A DNA stretch of 64,000 nt, taken from NCBI RefSeq assembly GCF_001194135.2, contig NC_068990.1, positions 74,404,523-74,468,522 of the forward strand. The letters run 5' to 3'. The notes under the pieces were generated by a model. It had not been told where the DNA came from. It did no database searches and saw nothing but the letters and a program-made list of their open reading frames with translations. Source of the DNA: Octopus bimaculoides (lineage: Eukaryota). The position numbers and the translations under genes were made by a program. How positions within the stretch are numbered: position 1 is the stretch's first letter; each line of letters opens with the position of its first letter. Shown piece after piece: positions 24,716-37,478 of this stretch.

Positions 24716-25594
24716 GACACATATACATATGGACGCAGTATATATTGATTTTAGTCAACAGCATAATGTCTTCTTAGGTACGAGGTAATTTTCAAGACAT
24801 CCTCAATGACAGCCAAACAACTTTGTAATGAAAGTGTGGGTTTTCAGTTTGTGGAAATTAGAAGCCGCGCGTTGATATTTTTAGAGAAATGATCTTATGC
24901 CATTAAATACTATTCCAGATCTTTGTACTGAGCAATTTCCAGTAAATGCCAACAGCGGCTTCGATATAGAAAGAAAGAAGAAACGGCTTCCAATCAATTT
25001 CAATAGACAATGTTGGTAGCTAATTGTTTATTCTCCACCATGTCTGTTTGTTAATAAGTCATTTTTTTTATTTAGATTGTTTTGGATTAAATACCGTTTT
25101 CAAATATGTACTAGATAAATATGCATGAGTATTGAGATTAACAACGACAATAACAATAATATCGACAACGGTAACAACAATAACAATCATTCTAATAACA
25201 TTTTTTACCGCAACAAAATTGGAAATTCACAACTGGATCAGAACTGGTGTAGACGACGGCGATGTTGGTGACTAAGACGACGTTATCGACAACAATAAGA
25301 ACAATAATACAAATAATAAGATAATAGTTACAACAGCAACACCGTTATTGACTACAGCAACACCCTCATTGACTGCAACAACCACAGCTACAGCAACAAC
25401 AACAAAGCCTGAAATTATTACTATCGTAAAATTATAGTACAAGCTACAGCCTAATTAATGGCGATGTACCTACCCGTCCATCCTATAACTACAAATGTCT
25501 CTCCTGCCTACAGTGCTAAAAATGAGAATTTAATTAGTAGCATAATTGACTATACCAACGATGCAGTAGCAACAAATGCAGTGAGCTTGATAAC

Positions 25595-26020
25595 AAGGGG
25601 AAATGACGGAAATTATTAACATTAGCATGCCGGGCTTTACGTTCTGCGTTCAAAATCCGCCGAAGTCGACTTGGCCATTTATCCCTTTAAGGTCGATAAA
25701 TCAAGTACCAGTGGAGTACTGGGGTCGATGTGATCGACTGTCCCCTCGCCACAAAATCCAGGCCTTGTACCTATAGCAGAAAGGATTATTACTATTATTA
25801 TAAAGACAGCGAACTGACAAAATCGTTGGCACGCCAGGCGGAATACTTAGCGGTATTTCTTCAACCACTACGTTCTAAGTTCAAATTCTACCGAGGTCGA
25901 CTTTGCCTTTCATCTTTTCGGGTTTGATAAATTAAGTACCAGTGAAACACTGGAATCGATGTATTTGACTAGTCCCCTCCCCACAAATTTCAAACCTAGT
26001 GCCTTCAGTAGAAAGGACTA
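25595..26020 (+). mobile_element. Two tandem SINE family B copies (25595-25800; 25802-26020)
   Basis: Family-B body and gaaagga(t/c)tattatt tails. Confidence 0.85.
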
Positions 26021-26031
26021 TTATTATTATG

Positions 26032-26070
<39 letters not shown>

Positions 26071-28131
26071 TTATGTTTGACTTTTGCTTTGTATTTGTAC
26101 AAGTTGATTCCTAGTCTCACCAAGAGAAACAAGTTAGAAATCTATGTTGGTGTTATGCCTAGAGTGTCATATATTTGGTTTTGCACATAGTATTGTTCTA
26201 GAGAATGTTTAAAAAATCATAAGAAAATTATGAGCTTGTTTTAAAATTTGAGATTATATAGACAGTATTTTACGTAGGATATGGGAGGTTCCATTGAGCA
26301 CCATCTTTTCCATTTCTGCCATTTTGGGGTTTCCTGGTATCTGAGCTAGGCAGGAATCAGCCGCTTTTGCAATATTTCTTAGGGCACCTATGACAACAGG
26401 TATTGTTTTAGTCTAGAGGTTCCACGTTTTGTCAATTTCTATTTTAAGATCTTTATAATTGCTCATTTTTTTGGTAGGTCTTGAGATACATTTATGTCGA
26501 TTGGGACAGTCATATAAGTGTAAGGAGGCATAATTTTTGTTTGAAGTCTTTCAATATAATGTCTGGCCTATTTGCATCTATCTTTCTGTCAGTTTGAATG
26601 GTGAAGTTCCTGAGGAGTGAGATGTGGTCATTTTCAAGCACTGGAGGTGGTTTGTTTTCCTACCAGTTTTCATCATGGGCCAGGTCCAGGTTTTTGCAAA
26701 TTACCCAGTGAATATATCGTGCTGATCTATCAATGCCTCTTGAGATACTCAGTAGGCGCAAGTAGATTGCACATGGAGACAACATGATCAGTGGTTTCAT
26801 TTTGTTGTTTACATACACGACATGTTGGGAAGCTACCGTTCTGTAATATGTTGGCCGGGGAGTTCCTTGTAGGTGGGAATTGATCTTGGACTGCTATAAT
26901 AAACCCTTCTGTTTCTGATTTTAAGCTAGAAGACACTAACCATTGATGAGTAAGGGCTTTGTCAACATCGGCATTATTAGCTCACTTTGGATATTTGCTA
27001 CTGAGTGGTTTTTCTTGCCATTTATCAGTAAGAATATCTAAGGCAGCAGTTTTAGCACGCGTTTCATACGCTTAGATTTTTCTCTGCATGTTTCTAGTAC
27101 ATCTATTTCTGGAATTTGTTGTATTTGGAATTCAGTTAGATATTCCTTTGACTGTTTTGTTACTGAGTATGACGCTTCCTTGTTTTCATGCATTAAGACA
27201 AGTCTTAACATCCAGTCATCAGAGTTTTTCATGTAGGTGTTTAGGCCAATTGCGGAAACCTTCATTGTTAATGACAGTTCTAAAAGTTCACGGTCATCCT
27301 CTTTTCTTGGCAGGTAAAGTCGTTCTATATCTGCCTTAAGGCAATGCATACTATGCATTGTCAACAACTTTCGTATTTTTCTGTCAACATTACATATTTC
27401 AGTAATTGACCAGTTAATGATATTGAAACTGTAAGTCACGACCAGTATGGCTAAAGCATTGATCGCCTTGATCCTGGTTTTTTTTTTTGCATTCAGCTCT
27501 GTCTTTAGTATTGCCATTACCCTGCGATAATATTCTCTTCTGACCCTTTCCCTCATCACTGAATGTTTGATTCCATCACCTTCAAGTAACCTAGGTATTT
27601 GTAGCACTCCGCTGGTTCCAACTCCTTTATGACATTCTGCTGGTCACAATTAACGTTGGATACTTCTGTCATTTTTCCTTTAATAAAGGTAGCTTTTGCA
27701 CATTTATCGAGGCCAAATTGCATCCTGATGCCATCACTGATTTGTTTAACAATCTCTAGTAAGCCCTGTATTTGTTGGTAATTTTTTCTTTTGTAAATAG
27801 CTTTAAACCATCCATGTAAATGAGATGATTTATATTTTTATCAAACATTTTATAGCCGTATCGTACCTCATCGAGCAATTTCGAGAGAGGCATTAAAGCT
27901 AGACAAAAGGAGAGTGGTGATAAGGAGTCACCCTGGAAAATGCCACATGAAGTTCTTACATCTCCAGCATTGAGAGATTCATTGTCACTGTTCAAAGGCA
28001 GTGTGTTTCTCCATGATCTCATACTTACACACAAGAAATTTCGCTGAGTAGGTGCTATTTTATACATTTCCAAACATTTCTTAATCCATCTACGTAGTAG
28101 ACTATCAAAAGCTTTTTTTATAGTCTATCCA
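26071..28131 (-). mobile_element. 5'-truncated Dong/R4-clade RLE non-LTR retrotransposon pseudogene with intact 3' end and (TAA)n flank
   Basis: RT motifs WIDYKKAFDS, GIFQGDSLSPL and HLIYMDG; DRKIRKLLTMHSMH..ADIERLYLPR; CCHC CRVCKQQNETTDHVVSMC; RLE NFTIQTDRKIDANRPDIILKD..MTVPID..KDLKIEI..IPVVIGAL..KMVLNGTSHILRKILSI* (stop at 26254-26256). A 3' UTR follows, then (TAA)n at 26020-26070. Confidence 0.92.
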
Positions 28132-28272
28132 GTTTTCAGATGTTTTTTTTCAGATTGGGTGGTATTGAACCCAATGCTCCTATGACAATAGGGATAACCT
28201 TTGTTTGCCTCTCGTAGCTGCTACATCTTAGCGATCTAAATTCTCAGGTCTCCATAGTTATCAACCTTTTCA
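28132..28272 (-). mobile_element. Endonuclease C-terminal fragment of a different Dong/R4-type copy
   Basis: Manual translation KVDNYGDLRI*IAKM*QLRE..VIPIVIGALGSIPPNLKKHLKT, matching the RLE C-terminal pattern K..Y.DL..EI..MW...V.P.VIGALG. Confidence 0.7.
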
Positions 28273-28885
28273 TTACATGTAAACCGCCACACTTGATGTC
28301 TGTCTTTGTATTGTCTCCGTCATCTTTCACCCTGGTAACAAAAAATTAATATTATCATTCTCATCCTCATCATCATCATCATCATCATCATTGTCATAAT
28401 TCGACTCCCTCAAAATTGCTGGCCTTGTGCCAACTTTTGAAATCTACGTTAACAAAAGAGACAGCATAAAACAACGAAAATGTTGGTGACAAAATTGAGA
28501 ATAATAACTAACACTTGAAACAAAACAACATTTATATTCAACGACAACATCTACATGACAAAAATATCAATTACAACAAAATGAGAACAGAAGAATGTTG
28601 GAGAGATAGAAATAGACATGTTCTTTTTTTCTTTTTTAGTTAGAGGCAGTGTTAGTGAGGAGAGAGTAGCTGTGAATAAAGCTCAGAAGCTGATTGGTTA
28701 AATGAAGTGAATTCAGAATCACAGGGAAAAGCGAGTTGTTCTTTTGTTTGTTCAATTTTTTCTGTTTGTTTTTTGTTTTTTTGGTAATCGGGTGTCACAT
28801 TTCTTAATAGCGATAGTTCAGCAGTTTAATATATAATAAATCATTTTTATGTTTATTTATTTATGCTTATTTTTTTTTCTTACAG

Positions 28886-29000
28886 TTTCATAGATTTTCA
28901 AAAATCTGAGGAAATTGTTTCAATTTACTTGCAGACTTTTCATCAAAATTCTCGTTATGAGTCTATAAATAACTGTCTGTCTGCCTCTCTGACTGTCTCA
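28886..29000 (+). CDS. Candidate coding exon (xFIDFQKSEEIVSIYLQTFHQNSRYESINNCLSASLTVS)
   Basis: Strong acceptor ttttttttttcttacag|, one frame open for 47 codons, and a moderate donor tca|gtgaat at 29001. Confidence 0.25.
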
Positions 29001-29262
29001 GTGAATTCATTTCCACTGAATTCAGTTTAAACATAATTGAAATGTGGCTGTGAGAAATTCTAGATCACTGCTTATTTATCTGGCCAATTGGTAGAATTGT
29101 AGGAACGTCACATTGAATAACTTGTATTCGTTACGAAACTTTTCATTCTGAGTTAAAATCACGCCCATGACAGCTTTGTTTTTCACTTTTCTGGGGTCAG
29201 TAAATATAATGCCATGCATACGCTTTCTCACATCCTTGCTTTTTCTCTCGTTCTTTCTCCAA

Positions 29263-29357
<95 letters not shown>

Positions 29358-29633
29358 ATCTGTCTCCAAAAGGGTCATGGAAGAATCACTCACAGCCGCC
29401 TACTCCAAAAGGTGGTGAAGGATTGAGCAACCAAACAGAGACCAATGTGAAGTATAGTACGAAGCGGAAATAGATAGGTGTAGACACGGCTGTTTGGCTA
29501 AAAAGTTCGCTTTACAACCACGTAGCATCAAACTCAGTCTCACTGTAATATTTTACTATAGCCCCGGACCGACCAATATGTTGTAAATTAAATATATGGT
29601 AATCGGAATCTTTGTAATCCGTGTATACCTGTT

Positions 29634-29673
<40 letters not shown>

Positions 29674-29810
29674 CTTACGAAGAATAAGAAAATGGAGATA
29701 TTGAAGCTAATAACAGTTTATTATCAGCAAAAACTTGAACATTATTCCTTACGGCTGTTTCAGTTAAGCTCGCTGAAGTTAAATATTAAAATCATATTTC
29801 TGAGCATAAC

Positions 29811-29939
29811 CTTTTCAGAGGGAGAAAAAAAATATACCCTTACATATTTTGTGTGTTAGGTTTTTGAATCATCATGCGATGATCCAAAAAAATTAACACA
29901 CAAAATATCTAAGGGCATATTTTTTCTCCCTCTGAAAAG
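29811..29939. repeat. 129-bp near-perfect inverted repeat (fold-back/MITE-like)
   Basis: The left arm cttttcagagggagaaaaaaaatatacccttacatattttgtgtgttagg..atcatc matches the reverse complement of the right arm; the loop is atgc. Confidence 0.9.
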
Positions 29940-30237
29940 TGTCGATCGAAGATTCCATATGCTGTAACAGTTTCACGTCAATGATAGTAGTTGTGATTCA
30001 TAATTTCGTGAAAAGGAACATAAATCCAGTAAAATCCAGTTAGATCGGGTATTCCTTAGGTAAATCCATGATCAGAAAGAACGGTTAGATAGTAATCCAT
30101 AGGGATCGAAAATGGATGCTAGTAGTTCCAAAGTTGGACAAATACTGAGAGGAGGATTAAATATGGTACACGTTGGTGGGAGAAAGATAGGAAGATATGA
30201 GTTTTGGATTAGATATATACTAATCAGTATAGCGAAA

Positions 30238-30905
30238 GGATCTTGTTCAAAACGGGGGCACCAGTTTCCATTTATGTTTTATGTAGTGTTTTTCGTACCG
30301 AAAGACTTTCAAACTTCGTATACTTATCTATTTTGTGTTATAGAACAGAAAATAATTTTTGTATTCGAATTTATTTCATGTAAATAATTGTCTTATTTCG
30401 ATAATCTCAACCAATCACTGACAAGTATTCAGCTGTTTACACTTACTCCTTTGGCAGTTTAAGCGGTGTAAAGCGTATTTAATCTCCATTACATCTGACA
30501 TTTTGCAGAGGCAACACACGTGTGTTCGTTTTCCCTAACCCTAACCCTAACCCTAATTGACTTGCTCCTTCCCTCAAAAACCATGCCTTGTGCCTATAAT
30601 AGAAAGGTTTATTAGCTACTGCCAATATGCTTCAGCCATTTTTTGACAAGGAAATAATAATTTTATCACCGCCAGAATCGTTTGTTTACGTAGTCAGCAC
30701 TTAATGTATACAGCTGAATAGACGTCAGTGATTGGTTGAAATTACAGAAATACGACAACTTTAACATGAAATAACTTGCGATGTACGTTTTTTTGTTAAG
30801 AAGACTAAGAGAAAAAGATATTTTATATGACACATTCTACCAGTGTCCCAAGTTTCAAAGTGTTTTGTTAAGAAAATACTGGTGCCCCCGTTTTGAACAA
30901 GATCC
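30238..30905. mobile_element. Non-autonomous DNA transposon, 668 bp, 28-bp perfect TIRs, 8-bp TSD
   Basis: TIR ggatcttgttcaaaacgggggcaccagt at both ends; flanks tagcgaaa (30230-30237) and tagcgaga (30906-30913); internal inverted repeat at about 30365-30445 and 30695-30780. Confidence 0.9.
30533..30556. repeat. (CCCTAA)4 telomere-like repeat
   Basis: Four perfect units read directly. Confidence 0.9.
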
Positions 30906-31796
30906 TAGCGAGAGTTACTCTTGTCCAGAAAAGTTAGGAAGTGCAAGTGTAAAGACTGATAGATAAGGGATAAATAAAGCAGATGTAAGACCTGCAGGCT
31001 GGTTAGAAATGGAAGTAGTTAGTGGAGGTAAGAAAGCGGTCGTAAAATGATAATAGACGTAGTAGGTAGTCAGTTTTACTAGGGAGTAAGGGAGACTCGG
31101 AGCTGGCTTAGTTGTGTTAATGCTAGGAATATTATAGATGCTACACTAGCAAACAAAAGATTTAAGATTTTATGTTTTAAACTAAGGTTAAAAATTAATA
31201 TTACGAAAATGATAAGCACAAAAAATGAAAATAAAATAAAGATAAAATTTAAAAATTAAGAATTGAGTATCAGTAGCGTTAATGAAGATATATTACCAAT
31301 GAGACATGTGGAAGAAATTGAAAAACCTAAAGACTGTGTATACATGTGTATACATGTGCTGTTTATTTCGTGACCGTATAGAGTTAGTATGCGGAAGTAC
31401 CAAATAGGTAATATGCTAAAGCTAGATGTTAGTGATAATCCGAAGTGCTAGCTTTTTCAAACTTAGACCTATGGAAGAACTTGAAGGACCTAAAGAATGT
31501 GTGTATACACATGGAGAGGCTTCGTGCTGCTTATTAAGTAACTGTGTAAGGTTATGTAGGGATTCCTTGAGACAGAACCAACATGGAGCATGCTGACCCT
31601 GGTATAGAGAGCCACAGTCTATGATGGACCATGTTATGCTGCAAAGTATTTTTCTCTTCTATTCAGTGGCTCACTGTAAATAAAACATAGTGTGGCAGCG
31701 CTAAACTGTGATGTGTATGATAAATACAAACTTATTACCAATTCAAATATGGTTGTGGCATAATACATACATACATACATGCAGACAGAGACACAG

Positions 31797-31829
<33 letters not shown>

Positions 31830-31879
31830 CGTACATACATGTATATATATATGTATATCTATCTATCGATATATATATA

Positions 31880-31913
<34 letters not shown>

Positions 31914-32749
31914 NNNNNNNNNNNNNNNNNNNNNNNNNNNNNNNNNNNNNNNNNNNNNNNNNNNNNNNNNNNNNNNNNNNNNNNNNNNNNNNNNNNNNNN
32001 NNNNNNNNNNNNNNNNNNNNNNNNNNNNNNNNNNNNNNNNNNNNNNNNNNNNNNNNNNNNNNNNNNNNNNNNNNNNNNNNNNNNNNNNNNNNNNNNNNNN
32101 NNNNNNNNNNNNNNNNNNNNNNNNNNNNNNNNNNNNNNNNNNNNNNNNNNNNNNNNNNNNNNNNNNNNNNNNNNNNNNNNNNNNNNNNNNNNNNNNNNNN
32201 NNNNNNNNNNNNNNNNNNNNNNNNNNNNNNNNNNNNNNNNNNNNNNNNNNNNNNNNNNNNNNNNNNNNNNNNNNNNNNNNNNNNNNNNNNNNNNNNNNNN
32301 NNNNNNNNNNNNNNNNNNNNNNNNNNNNNNNNNNNNNNNNNNNNNNNNNNNNNNNNNNNNNNNNNNNNNNNNNNNNNNNNNNNNNNNNNNNNNNNNNNNN
32401 NNNNNNNNNNNNNNNNNNNNNNNNNNNNNNNNNNNNNNNNNNNNNNNNNNNNNNNNNNNNNNNNNNNNNNNNNNNNNNNNNNNNNNNNNNNNNNNNNNNN
32501 NNNNNNNNNNNNNNNNNNNNNNNNNNNNNNNNNNNNNNNNNNNNNNNNNNNNNNNNNNNNNNNNNNNNNNNNNNNNNNNNNNNNNNNNNNNNNNNNNNNN
32601 NNNNNNNNNNNNNNNNNNNNNNNNNNNNNNNNNNNNNNNNNNNNNNNNNNNNNNNNNNNNNNNNNNNNNNNNNNNNNNNNNNNNNNNNNNNNNNNNNNNN
32701 NNNNNNNNNCATATATATATATATGTATATATATACATATATGTATATA

Positions 32750-32800
<51 letters not shown>

Positions 32801-33246
32801 GGATAGATAGATAGATAGATAGATAGATATGTGAATATCTGTCTCTGCATATATACATTTGTGTATACAAAACATTCACCCCTAAACCCCATATATAAAT
32901 GTGTGTGTGTGCGGGTATGTGTGTGCACGCGGGTATGTGTGTGCACGCGGGTATGTGTGAGTGTTTGTGTATGTGTTGGTATATATATACATGCATATAT
33001 TCATGAGCATGTGTATAGGCAAGTGGGTATGTATGTGTATTTGTATTTATTAATGAAGACAAATACATCAATTACTGCCATACAGAAATAATAAGCATTT
33101 CACCAGGAAACGGTATAAATGCAATGAAAAATCAAAATAAGGAAATATATAACTGAAGGAGTAAAATGATAAAGGAGAGAATCAAACGCTGACAGGGAAG
33201 TAGATGTAAGATCGTTAGTTCTGTATGAGTGTATGAGTGTGTGTGA

Positions 33247-33292
<46 letters not shown>

Positions 33293-33323
33293 ATGACACA
33301 TATATACACCTGCATATGTATTC

Positions 33324-33378
<55 letters not shown>

Positions 33379-33891
33379 GAGAGACAGAAAGACAAACAGA
33401 GTGAGTGAAAGACACAGAGAGATTCGTATGTAGGTAGAGACACACAAACTGATTTTTATGAACGTATGTATATGTATTCACATATGAGTGTGTGTGTGTG
33501 TATGCATGTGTGTGTGTATACATATATATACATACATACATATATATGTTTACAGATATATATGTATATATANNNNNNNNNNNNNNNNNNNNNNNNNNNN
33601 NNNNNNNNNNNNNNNNNNNNNNNNNNNNNNNNNNNNNNNNNNNNNNNNNNNNNNNNNNNNNNNNNNNNNNNNNNNNNNNNNNNNNNNNNNNNNNNNNNNN
33701 NNNNNNNNNNNNNNNNNNNNNNNNNNNNNNNNNNNNNNNNNNNNNNNNNNNNNNNNNNNNNNNNNNNNNNNNNNNNNNNNNNNNNNNNNNNNNNNNNNNN
33801 NNNNNNNNNNNNNNNNNNNNNNNNNNNNNNNNNNNNNNNNNNNNNNNNNNNNNNNNNNNNNNNNNNNNNNNNNNNNNNNNNNNNNNNNNNN

Positions 33892-33933
<42 letters not shown>

Positions 33934-34939
33934 CATATAGATTAGAGATGTTTATGTACACACCCGCATACACACAGACGCAGAGAAAAGAAAACAAACG
34001 CGGAGATCCGTGTGAGTAAAAGAGAGAGAGAGAGAGAGAGACTGTGGGTGAGTGAGAGCAATTGTGAATTATTCTTTCGAAGTTATTCCATTGCAAAACA
34101 GCTATCTTATCTTGTACCTCTGTTACAATCAGCAGGTATGGTTTAAGGAATAGACATCAAAACATAGGAATATGTCAAGTTTGTCATACGAGTTATTTAT
34201 TCTAATAATACAAGTCATTACTTTGGAATTGCTCCTTCATTCTTCACCTCTCCGGTCACTCTCTGTCTCCCCACTTTTCTGTCATTCCAATCAGATGAAT
34301 GATGTGTTTTTCAGCCATACTCTAGGTTTATCGTGCTGTATGTCACCTGAATACCATGTCATAACTGTCATTAGAATGTCTATTCGCTGACAGAACCAGT
34401 AAACAGATTTCCTACTATCAGTTTTGCTTTAACATAGTGTGTCTGCTAAGAAGCCGGAAGCTATTACTCCTTGCCTGTAATATAAACATCTTGCACCTGA
34501 CTTCTTTGTCAAAGTTGAATTACTTGCAGATAACATATTTCTATATATTACATGGCTTGTTACTGACACTCATGCTCGCAAACGCATACATACATAAGTA
34601 CACTCACGTACTGATAAACATACATACACACACCAGCCACTAACTCTATTTCTTGCCTATTTTGACCAATTTTAACCTGTGTGTGCTCACCTACCTTACT
34701 ATTACAAGCATCATTTCTGACAAATCAAGAACTGGCATATATCCAAATTAGGCATGCTCCCTAATGGAAATGAAATAAAAAGCCTTGCAATGGCATATAT
34801 CCTTGACGGGAGAGAAAGAGAGTTAATATAATATATACAAATATAATACGTACTGTTACAAGATTTGAACTCGCATATTCTCTATTGCAATAATTGAAAT
34901 TTCTTATCACAAGTTGGCTTCAAGAGACAACAAGTTATA

Positions 34940-35460
<521 letters not shown>

Positions 35461-35689
35461 ACTTGAAATTATTATTAGTATGAGTGTGTGTGTGTGTACG
35501 AGTAATCACACACGTGCTGTTTGTGAAATATTTTCTTTCTCTGAACTTTTCCGTTTTCCTTTTTGAAGAAAAGCTATGCTCGAAATCTTAAAACAAAACC
35601 CACTCTTTTTTTCAATTTTACCGAACATCAAATAAGTATATTTCATGTGTAAATCCTGTTGTTGTTTAGTCATTATNNNNNNNNNNGCA

Positions 35690-35945
35690 TCTCTCTGTCT
35701 ATGTTTATCCACCCTAATCTGCTTGACAACTGGTGTAGACGTGTTAACGTCTCTGCAACTTAGCAGCTCGGTAAAAATAACCGATAGAATAAGTACCAGG
35801 CTTAACAGAAGAAGAAGAAGAAGAAGAAGAAGAAGAAGAAGAAGAAGAAGAAGAAGAAGAACTGGGTTCGATTCACTCCACTAAAAGTTTTTCATGGTGT
35901 TGCCCCAGCGTGATCTCAGTCTAGTGATCGAAACAAGTCAAAGAT
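35690..35945 (+). mobile_element. SINE family A 3' half interrupted by (GAA)n
   Basis: gcttgacaactggtgtagacgtgttaacgtc..ccgatagaataagtaccaggctt [GAA run 35808-35861] ctgggttcgatt..gaaacaagtcaaag. Confidence 0.75.
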
Positions 35946-36701
35946 AAAGCATCAAAGATAATACAAGTATTTTATTTTATTTCGCGAGAAAAAAGGAAAC
36001 ATCACAAACCGTCCAAATACGCAGCGCCTCCCATAACATTCTGTTGTGATCTTACGACGTCTACAACACTCTACTATTAACCGAAATAAAGAAACAGTTT
36101 TCTAGATCATGTATGACTTGAGTGAAGAAACAAAAAAACCAAAACAACTTTATTAAAGTTGTCTACCGTGTTTCTTGAAATAATTTCTCAAATGTTTTAC
36201 TTTGTGCATATATAAATAAGTCTGTTATTTAACAAAGAATCATTCAGAATCAATAATCTAAATGTAATTTGCTTTGCTCTTTCTGTTAGATTTCCATACA
36301 CATCATGCAAAACCTAACAATTCCATTTAATATCCTTCAGCCGTGTTATTCTGAAAGTTGCATTGTTGAAACTAATTTGTTAAAATTTATAGGAATCCAT
36401 TAGTAATTCTTGTCTTGAGGTGAAATTCTAGAGAATGGTCAGGAACATAATCAAGCGTCTTGACTTATGTTCTCCTACTGGGAAACATAACTATAAAATG
36501 TAGGTCATTGAAAGCTAGCTGCTTCTTAATCTTCAATTAAAAACATTAACCAAATTTCCTAGAAGTATATTAATCTCTCTCAAGTGTAATGTTATCCACC
36601 TTTATGTGGCTTGATGTTAATTAGTATTTTCAGTTGTGTACATACACACACACAAACATGTATCCACACACAGATACATACACACACGTGCGCGTATACA
36701 G

Positions 36702-36747
<46 letters not shown>

Positions 36748-37098
36748 CGGTATGTATTTATATATGCATGAATAGATGTGTCTCTACTTATCTCTGTATA
36801 TGTGTGCGTGTGTATATATTTGTTGTGTGCGTATATATGTATGTTTATATTTATAGGTATATTATAAATCATATATCATATATACATATATATCATAAGA
36901 TATACTGGCCGTAACACTCGAGAATATAATATACAATGAAACGTATGATATTTATTTCGTCACCACTAATTAAAATATATTTTTGATGAATGTCTGTTCC
37001 ATTCAGTTGCTCCACATTTTAAATATACAAAGTATTTTGCAAGCTGTGTGGTAGCCCATGCGAGGGAACTTTCCTGTCAGAGGTTGTAGTTTTAAACA

Positions 37099-37193
<95 letters not shown>

Positions 37194-37325
37194 TCCTTCT
37201 TCCTCTCTCTCTGCCTTTCCCTCCATCTTCCTCTCTTTTTCTCTTCAACAAAGTCACTTGGCCTTTACGAGCTTTTAGTGGAATCCGCTCTCTAACGCAA
37301 ATATTCATAACATTTTTTTTCATAG

Positions 37326-37478
37326 ACTCTGAGAATTGTAGAAGGAAAAGAGAAAGCTATCCTTAAACTGAAGAACAGACCTGAATTCTTGCAACAACCT
37401 GGATTCAGCAAAAAGCATCTAAGGGACCAGATGTTTAAGACTTCCACACAAACAAAGTTTACTACATACGTGTACTAA
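37326..37478 (+). CDS. Candidate terminal coding exon (TLRIVEGKEKAILKLKNRPEFLQQPGFSKKHLRDQMFKTSTQTKFTTYVY*)
   Basis: Canonical branch point CTAAC at 37292-37296, no intervening AG, T-tract and cattttttttcatag| acceptor. 50 open codons in one frame only, with AATAAA at 37506-37511. Confidence 0.45.
   Translation, partial: TLRIVEGKEKAILKLKNRPEFLQQPGFSKKHLRDQMFKTSTQTKFTTYVY

Noticed and set aside
29364-29412. 39-nt segment after (CT)n with aag| borders, open in two frames
   Set aside because: The borders come from a 10-bp direct repeat (ctccaaaagg), the pyrimidine tract is just a microsatellite, and the donor is weak.
31301-31520. Degenerate duplication of about 165-bp period, plus small tandem duplications at 1690-1802, 32911-32955, 45714-45765 and 56521-56560
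   Set aside because: Ordinary slippage-type or repeat-internal duplications with no sign of function.
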